NCBI GenBank assembly: GCA_030704615.1
Contig: CM060734.1
Coordinates: 20,398,001 to 20,462,000, forward strand
DNA length: 64,000 bases
Reading direction: 5' to 3'
DNA from: Takakia lepidozioides
Taxonomy: Eukaryota > Plantae > Bryophyta
Shown here: piece after piece, positions 26,001 to 37,100 of the stretch
Numbering within the stretch: the stretch's first letter is position 1
How the letters are laid out: each line of letters begins with the position of its first letter
The notes under the pieces: model-generated
What the model saw: the letters and a program-made list of their open reading frames with translations, nothing else
Databases searched by the model: none
Told to the model about the DNA's origin: nothing
Program-made: the position numbers and the translations under genes

Positions 26001-29000
26001 TGCCAACAACATCATGTTTTTCCATCCGTACCGGATGAAAAACTACCAGGGTGATAATTTTTCATTCCTCTTCTATTGACTCTTTTTATCCATACCGGAT
26101 GGTCTGGTGAGGAATGATAGAATTACCTAGATGGAGGTAAGACGCTGCTACGGATGATATTCCCTACTTTTTCATCCTGACACAAGTGATCTGTCTATGG
26201 ATGATGTGATTATGGCCTGGAATTGATCTTTACTACCCCTAATTATGATTAATTACGGTGGAAACCCTAACCCCTACCCCAAAACCTATTTTTCACCACC
26301 CTGCTACGGATGAAATCCGTCAAGGTATACGGATGCGTCCTACTGTTTTTCATCCACGGATGAATAATCGGGGGACAACCCTATGTCGTCTCTCCCGCTG
26401 TTAGAAGCACGCGATGTGCTTCTGAGCTCGCGAGGAGAGTGTTATGGCGGACGTGCTTCGGTGGCTGCCCCGTTTGTGGTGTCGTATCCATGCTGGACGA
26501 GCGCCTGGGGGGGCGCGAAAGCGGCACCTTGTCTCTCTTGCAACGGGAAACACCGCTATGAATGCGGTGGCATCTTCCCTCCTTTGGCTTATTCTGTGCT
26601 TAGCAAGGATGCTTATGATGGGAAGTTCTCTCCCTCCTTTCTAGTGCATTGCGATTGTGCCTGCTTTGCTTCATTGCTTATGTGCTTTGTGGAGGCGGCT
26701 TGCTGTAGGTGGTGATGGCGCATAACCCTCTTCCCCAATCGCTTAAGGTGCCTTTGGAGTTTAGGGATTCTCATGTTCTTGTCTCTTTCTCTTGCTTTTG
26801 AGTTTCTTAGTTGACATCGATGACAAGTGTGAGGGTCTATGATTCACCTGGGGTTCCACAATCCTCACTAACCTGTTGGTTTTTGTGGGGGCTTGTGATG
26901 GGACCAGGTGAGGATCCTCACCTACTTTGAAGTTTCTTGAGCATGCAGATTGGGATATGGGCTGAGGAGACCTAGGGGTTTGTGCGCTGTGAGGTGGCTG
27001 CTGCCTGCAGCCCCGATTTCAACCCGATTGCCCCTGGCTTGACATGCTACAGCCAGCGTTCTGGCCTTTGTTCGTTCTGCCGCCGATGCACAGCTCGGCC
27101 TGACTGGCCTGTTTCCTGAGGCTTGCATACAAACCATACCCTACCTTTTGATCTTTGACAGCAAAGCCTGTGGATTATTAAGCTAGGTTGTAAGTTCTTT
27201 TGGCCAAAGAGGATCTGGTTTTTGGTGGTATGTTTTTGGCGATTTTGGGTATCTATGGACCTGATGGCCTTGAAGTTTAAGGCGGCAGCCTGGTAGGGTA
27301 CTGCCCTGCTCCGTTTCAGGCCTACTTCTGATGTGTACTGGATCGTAGTAAGGTGTTCTTTACATGTCTTAGCATGGAACTCTTGAAGGATGAGGATGGT
27401 AAGCTGCAATGGGATCCTACCTATAGTTTTGGATCTGTCATGACATCAGGCCTATGACCTGCAATCTGGGTTTTTATATATAAAAGAGGCTGGATCTCGG
27501 CTGTTCATGCTGCTTGTTGATACAAGTCTTGAACCTGCAATTTGACAGGCTGCATTCACATTCCCTTGATACCTTGTATGATCACATGTCTCGGGGTGAA
27601 TACAAATGATATGAAATCTACTTCATTTTGCTCAAGTTGGACTGCTTGGTGACATACTGAGATTCTGACAAACTGCAGGCTGGTCCTTATGCCTTGGCTG
27701 ATGCATGACTTACCATAATTAATGGCTGAAATGGTAAGCTGCTGGTATATGTACAGGCTGAACCAAGAGGCCTTGCAGCCTGCACATGGACAACAATATC
27801 TTATCTTGTCCCACACAAGAACAAACCCCGCCCTCCCACCCTGTTTTGTCTTGGATGATTGGGTGGTGTCTTTTGGGATGATTTGACAAGACTGGAAATG
27901 TGAGATAGTGCCCTATCCAGGGCTGTTTATGTCTTTAATTGACAATGACCCTTATGGGTCCTGTCCATGTCTTGACATGACGTGAATATCTTCCCACTCC
28001 CTCCCTCTCTCTTTTTAATTTTTTCTACCCCCTCTTTCCCTCTGTGGTTTGTTTTTTTTTGTGCACAACACAAAATAGAGGAGAGAGAGAGAGGGAGAGG
28101 GAGAGGGACAGAGGGACATAGAGGGACAGAGAGAAGGAGAGATCAGGAAAAAAAAAAAAAAAAAATGAAGGTGGGGGGGGGGGGTGACTGAGCAGCTGCT
28201 GCTCAATCACCCCCCCCCCCCAACCTTTTTGTTTTTTCTTTGTTGCCCCCTCTCTCCCTCTGTCTCCCTCTCTCCTGGGAACCGGCAGGTTGTTATCAGT
28301 GTTGATTTCCTGTTTTTTCACCCATACCGGATGAAGTTTTAACAGAGTTTCATCCATCCTCTATCAGTTTTTCATCCATACCGGATGAGCCACCGGGATG
28401 GACACTGAATTACTGTTAGGATGGTTTTTTGGTTTTTTCATTCCTCTTTTATTGACTCTCATCCATACGTTGTCTCTCCCGCTGTCAGAAGCACGAGATG
28501 TGCTTCTGAGCTCGCGGCGAGAGTGTTATGGCGGACGTGCTTTGGTGGCTGCCCTTTTGTGGTGTCGTACCCGTGTTGGGCGAGCGCCTGGGGATGCGCG
28601 AAGGCGGCGCCTTGTCTCTCTAGCAGCGGGAAACACTGCTGTGAATGCAGTGGCATCTTCCCTCCTCTGGCTTTTAATTTTAGCAGTGGCATTTGTGCTG
28701 GGAAGTCTCTCTCCCTCCTTTCTATTGCCTTGCGAGTTTGCCTACTTTGCTTCATTGCTCATGTGCTTTGTGGAGGCGACTTGCCGCGGGTGGTGATGGC
28801 GCATAACCCTCTTCCCCAATCGCTTAAGGTGCCTTTGGAGTTTAGGGATCCTTGTGTTCTTATCTTCTTCTCTTGCTTTTGAGATTCTTAGTTGACATCG
28901 ATGACAAGTGTGAGGGTCTGTGATTCACCTGGGGTTCCACAATCCTCACTAATCCGTTGATTTTGTGGGGGCTTGTGATGGGACCAGGTGAGGATCCTCA

Positions 29001-30430
29001 CTTACTTTGAAATTTCTTGAGCATGCAGTTGGGGATATGGGCTGAGGAGACCTGTAAGTTATCGCGCCTTGAAGTGGCTGCTGCCTGCAGCCCTGAATTC
29101 AACCCGATTGCTCCTGGTTTGGCATGCTACCGTCTATGTTTTGGCTTTTGTTGTTCTGCCGTCAATGGGGCAGCTCGACCTGTCTGCCTGTCTCTTGAGG
29201 CCTGCATACAGACCATACCATATCTTTTGATCCTTGACAACAGGGCCTGTGGATTAATGAGCTAGGTTGTAATTTCTTTGGGCCATAGAGGATCTGGTTT
29301 TATGGGGGCTGCCTCGGCGGGTTTGGGACTCTAAGGACATGGTGGCCTTGAATGTTATGGCGGCAACCTGATAAGGCACCGACCTGCTCCTTTTCGGGCC
29401 TGTTTCTGGTGTGTGATGGATCATAGTGAGGTATTCTTTGCAAGCTTTAGCATGGACCTCTTGAAGGATGAGGATGGTAAGCTGTAATGGAATCCTACCT
29501 ATAGTTTTGGCCTTGTCATGACATCAAGCCTATGACCTGCAATCTGAGTTTTTTATGTGCCAAAGAGGCTGGATCTCGGTTGTTCAAGTTGCTTGTGTGT
29601 ACAAGTCTTGAAATTGCAATTTGACAGGCTGAATTCACATTCCCTTGACACCTTGTATGATTACATGTCTCGGGGTGAGTACAAATGGTATGGAATCTAT
29701 TTCATCATGCCCAAGGAGGATTGCTTCGAGGCATGTTTTGATTATGAAAAATTGCAGGCTGGTCCTTATGCCTTGCTTGATGCATGATAAGGTAGGCTGC
29801 TGCTAATTATTTTGTCATACCCAAGATGTTTGCTTGAAGGGCATGTCTTGAATCTGTAATATTGTAGGCTGGTTTCACATACCCAAGATGTTTTGCTCTA
29901 TGCATGTCTTGTTGTAATTGTGATGCCAAGAAAGGGTATGATAGGCTGCAACAATCTGTTTTATCAGAACATAGGATGCTTGCTTATATGCTTGTCTTGT
30001 TGTCATGACCTGTACATGAACAAACCCCGCCCTCCCACCCTGTTTCATCAAGAATGATTGGGTGATGTCAATTCATGGGAAGCTATGACAAAAATGGAAA
30101 TGTTAGATGGTGCCCTGTTTTGGGCTGTTTATGTCTTTAATTGACAATGACCCTAGTAGGGTCTTGTCCATGTCTTGACATGACATGAATATCTTCCCAC
30201 TCTCTCCATCTCTTTTGTCTCTCTCCCTCTCCCTCTCTCGTTTTAACTTTTTTCTGCACCCTCTCTCCCTTGTGGTTTGTTTATTTTTCTTAGCAGCAAA
30301 AAAAGAGAGGGAGAGAGAGGGAGAGAGAGGGACAGAGAGAGGGAGTGAAAGAGAGAGATCAGGAAACAAAAAAAAAAAAAAAATGGGGGGGGGAGGGGGG
30401 GGGGTGATTGAGCAGCTGCGGCTGCTCAGT
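23095..30430 (+). repeat. Three tandem 2.2-2.6 kb units (about 23095-25730, 25730-28200, 28200-30430)
   Basis: Shared landmarks such as gttgacatcgatgacaagtgt (24212, 26811, 28891) and gccctcccaccctgttt (25411, 27830, 30029); GGATG/CATCC-rich left ends. Confidence 0.93.
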
Positions 30431-30559
30431 CCCCTCCCCCCCCCCCACCTTTTTTTCTTTTTCTTTGTTGCCCCCTCTTGAGACCCCCAACACTTGCTGC
30501 TCTCAGCCCCCGACATGCTTGGTTTTTTTTGTTTTTGATTTGGAATGTAGAGGTTGTTT

Positions 30560-32744
30560 CCTCATGAGGCCAACTTGTGGGTTTGCATGATGACAGGTGC
30601 CAGGCTTATGGGGAAAGAGAAGAAGTCCCCTGCCCCAAAGAAAGGGGCGGAGAATCCGTTTGCTCTGCCGGCACGTGTGACGCGCCAGGGCGTCTCACGG
30701 TTTACCAGCCCCGTCGACAGCCGCAGGGCTCGTCTGCCCCCCGAGGCCAGCCCCCCCCCCCTCTTGTCCCCATCTTGGATGCGCCAGGGGCCGGCTCAGC
30801 CAGCTCTCCTATTCGGGAGGTTGTTGCTGAGCCGGATGCTCAATTGAGCACACCCCCGGCCACCAAGACGGGTGAAATGTACCTTGGCAAGCACATCACC
30901 CGTTCGGGGGCCCGGTATGGGCAACTTTTGGATGTCACCCCCATAGCGATCCCTTCCTCCGCAGCGAAGGCTGCACTTGCCAAGGCCCAAGGTCAGGTTC
31001 AAGGGCCTTTGGAAGTGGTCGTTGCTAGCCCAATGTTGTCGATGAGGGAGGAGGAGACGAGGAGGGCCAATGACGAGGCCGAGATAGCGAAGTGCCTCAA
31101 ATTAGTCAAGCCGGGTGAGGGCTTCTATCCTACTACGCATTTTTTTTGGGGGGGGGGGGGGGTAGGAGGTATGGGCCGGTTTGGAGCGGCCTAGCCGATC
31201 AGCGATGCCGCCCCCTGAGCCTGAGCGGTTAGCAATCGGGTAACACCAAGGCCGAGTCGGCCAAGCTTCACAAGGTACAACTGTTGCACCTTGTTCCATG
31301 TTTTGTCATTTCCTTTGCATGCATGATTTTCTTTGTTGTTTGTTTCTTTTTTTGAATTTGGGGGGGTTATTTGTCTTCAGGAGGCAGCAACATGGCTGGC
31401 CTCATTGGTGCAGTCCGGTGGGGTTGCCAATGAGGGAGAGCACGTGGTGTTCATGAAGGACCCGAATACCAAAGGTAAGAAGAAGAGGCCTCGACCTCCC
31501 GAGGTCCCTTTTACCATCAATGAAGGGGCTGCCGAGGAGAGAGAGAGAAGGGAGAGGGAGAAGGAGAGAGAGAAAGTAGTGGGGAAGGGGAATGAGATGG
31601 TCGTGGAGAAGGGGAAGGAAAATAAGAAGAAGAAGAAGAAGTCCCATGGAGAGGAAGGGGTGAGTGTGCATGCGGGGGAGGGCAGTGGGGTAACAAAGGA
31701 GCAGGGGAAGGAGGCTACAAAGAAGGGAGAGGGTGGGAAGAACTAGAAATCCTTGGCGATAGAGGACGTGGAGTTGGCAAAGATCGTGGTGCCACCGGTG
31801 GAGGTGAATTGCCATGGTGACCCCTGCGGTGCGTTTTGGGAGGCTATGAAGAAGCCATCCTTCGAACTCGCAATGAGGTGGTTCCCTTTGCACATTGAGT
31901 GGGCTGATCATCACTTTGGTGCGAAGCGGGCGTATGCCCATGAGTTAGACTGCCGGTTTCCGGGGCGCAATTGGAGTGACAAGGGTGATGGAGATGGTGG
32001 GGCGGAACTTGAAGGACATGAGGTACCGTGCCAGACAGATCATTCGGAGGGCAATGGAAAAGGGGGCCATACCCAAACCACCTTATGGAATTACACAGGT
32101 TGGCAAATCCTGAATCATTTCACCTTCCATTTGTCGCATGTGCATCAATGAGGTGGATTCGATGCAACGTATGTGTGTAATTCACTAATTGTTGGAGGGG
32201 GGTGCATAGGTATCGTGGGATGCACTCATTGCGGGAGAGAATGATGCGGCAAACAAGACCAAATTTGAGCGGGCACGCGAAGCAACAACAGTCCGCCTTG
32301 ACAAGCACGAATCCACACACAAGTGGGGCGCCGACGGATCCAAGAGTTTTATCTTGCGATTTGTAAGTCATACTTCCCTATGTATTTTGTTATGTCTTCT
32401 TTCTGGCTCCATCATCGTGAAGAATTGACTTTAATTTGTGGTATGTGTAGCAACGCGCGTTTGAGAGGAAGCCATCTCCGGTAGAGTACAACTACGCCAA
32501 TGAGCATGGTTGGCAATCCCTCACGAAGAACATGGCCAACACGGAGGGGATGAGTGCACTACAGGGCACTAGTATGGATGAGGGCGAGGGTCATGGCCAG
32601 GGATTGGATGAGAGCTCTGTGGGACTTAGGGGAACGCCGCCTCCTTTAGGTGCTCTGGCAAAGGGCGCGGAATCATCAGGCTCATCGGATAGCTCTGAGT
32701 CCTCCACTGAGGATGAGGATGAGGATGAGGATGAGGATGACTAG
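30560..32744 (+). pseudogene. Probable CACTA TnpA-like (Ptta/En/Spm) accessory gene, decayed
   Basis: Low-complexity exons, then VEVNCHGDPCGAFW..W..ELDCRFPG..NLKDMRYRAR..PPYGI, an acidic tail and nearby GCGAC repeats. Confidence 0.45.
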
Positions 32745-33019
32745 TCCTAGTCCATGTAGGTCCTAGGGTCAGCCTACTGAACCCTTGTGAGCTTTTCAGC
32801 TCATTTTTTGTAAATATATTTCCATCTTTCCATCTTCCATCTTATTCATGTGTCGCACCGTCCTCACCCTTGATTCATGCTTGCTCAATTGTGTACCTGC
32901 TAAATCAGAGAAATGGAAGCTGTAAGGTCTCCCATCCCCCAAAACAAAACCAGACAAAAAATAAAAACCACCCCCAATTCACCCCCAAAATCAACCCCCA
33001 ATCCCCCCCGCCAGGCTGG

Positions 33020-33250
33020 CCTTGCGACTACAGGGCGTCGATATTGGCGACGTGTTTTTTTGGCGGGGGTCGCAAGCTGCAACGGCCGGGCGTCGCAAAT
33101 CCCTTTTGCAGGCAGCAACGCCCGACCCCCCTGCGACGGGTTTTTTTTGGTCCGGGGGTCGCAAGTTGCGACGCCCTGGCGTCGCGGATCCCACCACTTT
33201 GCCTGCGCCACGTGTTTTTATTTTTTGATTGAATATAAAGAAAGCGACGC
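33020..33250. repeat. GCGAC/GTCGC subterminal repeat cluster (CACTA type)
   Basis: Many tgcgac/gtcgca motifs in both orientations, as at 16408-16600 and 62330-62850. Confidence 0.75.
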
Positions 33251-33299
33251 CAGAGCGTCCAAAGACAATGACATGAGCTTGTGTTCATTTCGGCAACCA

Positions 33300-34150
33300 T
33301 TGTCATCCCGTGTTGAAAGGAGAGTGCAAACAGAGTGTCGAGGCAGTTTGAGGACTTCTTAAAAGAAAGGTGGAGAATGCCTTGGACGCAACGCCATCAG
33401 CCATAGCGCTGGTAGCAAGCAAGACATTCCTAGAGAATCACATTCTTCATGGGGAAGAAGAACATGCAATGAAGCTGGATGGCCCATCTCTTAATGCTGT
33501 AATGGACCATTTTTCGACGTTGAGTTCACCAAATATTTGAAATCAAATAATGCTTTGAGGATGGGTCCGGGAAACAAGGGTTCCATGGATGGCATACTGG
33601 AGCTGAAACGCAGAGGTCAATATGACCTCATTCAAGACAATATTTTCCCTGGTCAGGGTTATCCAAAGGTTTATTTGTTTAAAATGTCTATTGCGGGTGA
33701 GGGTAGCGGAGTGAGCCTCGTCCAGAGAATGCACCAGGTGGAGATCTGGAGAAATCTTGGATTCTATTCGATCACTACAAACAGGTGAAGGATTGGACAA
33801 CCATGGCTTATCATGTGTATGATCCTGCTTACCAAAGAGTTATGACAATTGCAGTTTGCAACATGCAGTCGGAGGAGACCGAGTCGCAAATGCTCATGTG
33901 GAAGTCACTTGTGAACGTCATGAGAGGGAATGGTGTGCCGGATCCAAACTCATTGAATTCATGGCTGACAGTGCTCAAGCATATTGGAATGTTGTGCGGC
34001 GTGTTTTTGGTTCCGGTGACCCCAAAATACCTATGGCAGACTAAGAACGCACTTGCCTCTTTCATTGGACCCAATCCCTTCAAAGGAATACAAAGGGGTT
34101 GATAAAACTGGAGTTGCAGGAGGAGCATATGAGACTATGCCGACAAAAAC
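33300..34150 (+). pseudogene. MULE/Mutator-like transposase fragment
   Basis: FDH..VKDWTTMAYHVYD..FMADSAQA.W..VRRVF..CLFHW (two catalytic D plus CxxH), frameshifted. Confidence 0.75.
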
Positions 34151-34152
34151 TA

Positions 34153-37100
34153 TGAGTTGAACACCTTCTTCACCACTTAGTATTCAGTTCCCCTTTGTCC
34201 CAATTTTCCAATGTACAAAACCCTCGTCTCTACTCCAGTCATCATTTCTTATCGTCTAAGTCCTAGAAACAGATCTGCGCATCCTAAAGTTAGTCATAAG
34301 TTCAAGAAGAGAAACCATACTCCACTTAGCTGCTTTATACGTAGGTTCAGGTAGTGGGATTTCCTGCCCAATTTGGCATCAGCATCCTTGACATTAATGT
34401 CTACCCCCTGCTGCTCTTGCCGGCGCTTCTCCCTCAAGCAGAATCATCAAGTTACAGCTCACAGATCCTCTATCTGCCCTCAACACACCCATCCTCCAGC
34501 GAACCCTAGTTACGAATCATCAAAGCAGTGCAGCACCACTTGCTTCCCTGGTAGCAGCACAGCTTGCCCATCCACTCTACTGACTATCCCTTATCTTTAC
34601 ACCTTGCTGCTAATCAATTCACGTACTAAGATACCAACCGAGTTGATCCAGTCACATACTATTCACAGCGTTCGCCATCCCCTTGCCCACAGCCTCAGCA
34701 TTGCCTCCTTGTAAGCTTATCTTCCAGCGATTCTTGAGTCACGGATTCATCAAGACAAAGACGACACTGCTTCCTGCTCTGGCAGTTGCACAGGTTACCA
34801 AGATCCAATGGATAAGCCCTGTCTGCCCTGAAATAAAATGCAGGTCACCGATCTCTTATGAAACTGCCAGCAACGCTTCCTCTTTCCTTTGCCCCACTGT
34901 ATACCTAGCCAGATCAGTAGCCCGTCGAGCCAGACGGTAGTTCGCACTTGCACTAAGTCCAACTAACAAGATGACCTGTGAACTGATTCATCCATGTGTG
35001 AACTTATTCATCCATCTAGTGAACCTTGCAGTCTTGCTTTCTTAACACTGCAACCCTCACAGCTTTTAGAGTCTTGCATACCACCCCCCATAGTTACAGA
35101 TCCAGGGCCATCCTCTGCTCAATGAAAAGATTTTTGTCACATGAAATCACACTACATATGTAGCGTGTCCTTTTTTTGTTAAGGGTCAGAGTCCCTTCTA
35201 ACCATTTTTCTACTCATCCTGGACCATGTGTCTGCACAAAGAGTTTAAGGTCACGTCTGCTGCGCAGCCATTCTTTTCCTGATCCATCCTTAAGTCTGCA
35301 TCTGCGACCTCCCTCTCCCTTGTGCTTTCCATCAACATCCTTGTATCCCAAGAACTCATACGGCCCTTCCCATGGACTCACCATTGATGAGCGCTTTCCA
35401 GGCTTGAGCATCATGACCTTGCTGCCTTCCTCAAGTTGACGCTTCTCATAGTCTTTGGCCTGCTGCTTCTGGCCCTTCTTGATATTCTTGCGCAATCTCC
35501 CCTTCAACTGAGAGAGCAGCTGAATCTTTTCCTCCATCATCCTTGTGATTCCTTCCACCGAGTCATCTAGATTTACAGTGCTCAGCAACCCTTGTAGCCT
35601 GTTGTCAACTCCAAGTCTTGGCACCCTGCCTGTCAACACCTGGTATGGGGAAAATCTGGTTGTTGCCTGCACTCCCATCCTGTATCCGAACAGTGCCCTA
35701 TAGAGATTCTCATCCCATTCTGAGTCATTGCCAACCCCAAGAGTAGTGATACTTTGTTTGAGCGACTTAATGACTCTCTCTACCATACACCATCCTCATG
35801 GCTGTTAACTACTGCAGCAAAGGTAATCTTTTTGTCAAAGAAAGGAGGCATGCTTCTAGGCTGTGGCTCTCTTTTTAATATTCCCTTTGGGCAACCCTTT
35901 GCTGTCATCCCATCATATGAACTGTCAGTACCTATAGTTATGAACTCAAAAGAGAAATCATTCCGTGGGTCAGTCCCCGTATGGTATGGTGACAACAGCC
36001 ACCAATACAGATCTAAGTCAGTCTGTAATGAAAAGTGTTGGCCCAGGAGTTGCTTCCTAAAACACCACAGGCCCCAGACGCAAATGTAGTACTCTTCTCT
36101 TTTGTAAGCTACCTCTCCACTGCCGCTGTAGCATTCTACCTTCCTATGTGCTTGCTCTCTCAACTTCTCTTCTCCTTGCTCATACTAGAATAATTCACAA
36201 ACTACAGCTCCTTCTTCAGATTTTATCTTGACCAGAAAGGCACCATCTCTTTTTCTTCCTTCTCTCTTTGGGTGATATAAGGATGCAGTATGTACCTCGA
36301 GCTCCTCAGATTCCTCTGCTGGACCAACCGGGTATCTGCTTAATGCATCAACATTAGCATGCCTAGACCCTGCCCTATGCACAATCTTGAACTCAAAATC
36401 TTGTAACATCATGATCCATCTAGCCCTCCTCCCATATGCATCACTGACAGTAGCCAGCCACTCTAGTGGCTTATGATCTGTTCTAATCACAAAAAGGGTA
36501 CCATACAGATATTAGCGAAAATGCAAAACCCCCCACACAAGAGCATAGCACTCACCTTCCATCGGGTGATACTTCCGTTGAGCTTTAGAGAGCACTTTAC
36601 TGGCGTATGCAATCACCCGCTCCCTTTTGTACTCCTTTTGACAAGATGGCCCCCACTCCCTTGATGGACCAGTCTACATCTAGTACAAATGGCCTAGAAA
36701 AGTCTGGTCTGGCTAAAATTGGAGCAGTGATCAGTTTCACTTGAAGACCTTCGAAGGCATTCTGGGCCTCAGGCCCCCAGTGAAACTTCAAATCTTTCTT
36801 GGTGAGATTAAACAGAGGAACTGCTACCCCTGCATATCCCTTCACATAGATCCTATAGTAGTTAGTCATTCCCAGATATACCTTTACTGCCGTGGGATTC
36901 TTTGGCAAGGGAAACTTTTCTATGGCAGCCACCTTATCTGGATCTGGTTTCACTCCTTCTCCGGAAACAACATGTCCAAGGAACACAAGTTCCTTGTTGC
37001 CAAAGGTACACTTATCTGGATTCAACCGCAGGTTTGACTTTCGCAACTGTCTTAGAACTCGCTTGATGTGGGTGAGGTGGGCATCCCAATCAAGACTATG

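Larger units (their letters stand above)
17110..30480. repeat. Array of cargo units separated by a recurring palindrome flanked by G/C runs, A/T runs and GA/TC microsatellite
   Basis: GAGTGACTGAGCAGC..GCTCAGTCACTC, full or half, near 17205, 17940, 18865, 23100, 25725, 28195 and 30415. Confidence 0.9.

Noticed and set aside
17110-30480. Hammerhead ribozyme/retrozyme or snoRNA cluster explanation of the array
   Set aside because: No convincing CTGATGA..GAAA core or C/D box pairs found by eye; an Infernal search would be decisive
19838-30590. Short repeated ORFs in the array as proteins
   Set aside because: Frames are not preserved between copies; many are microsatellite translations
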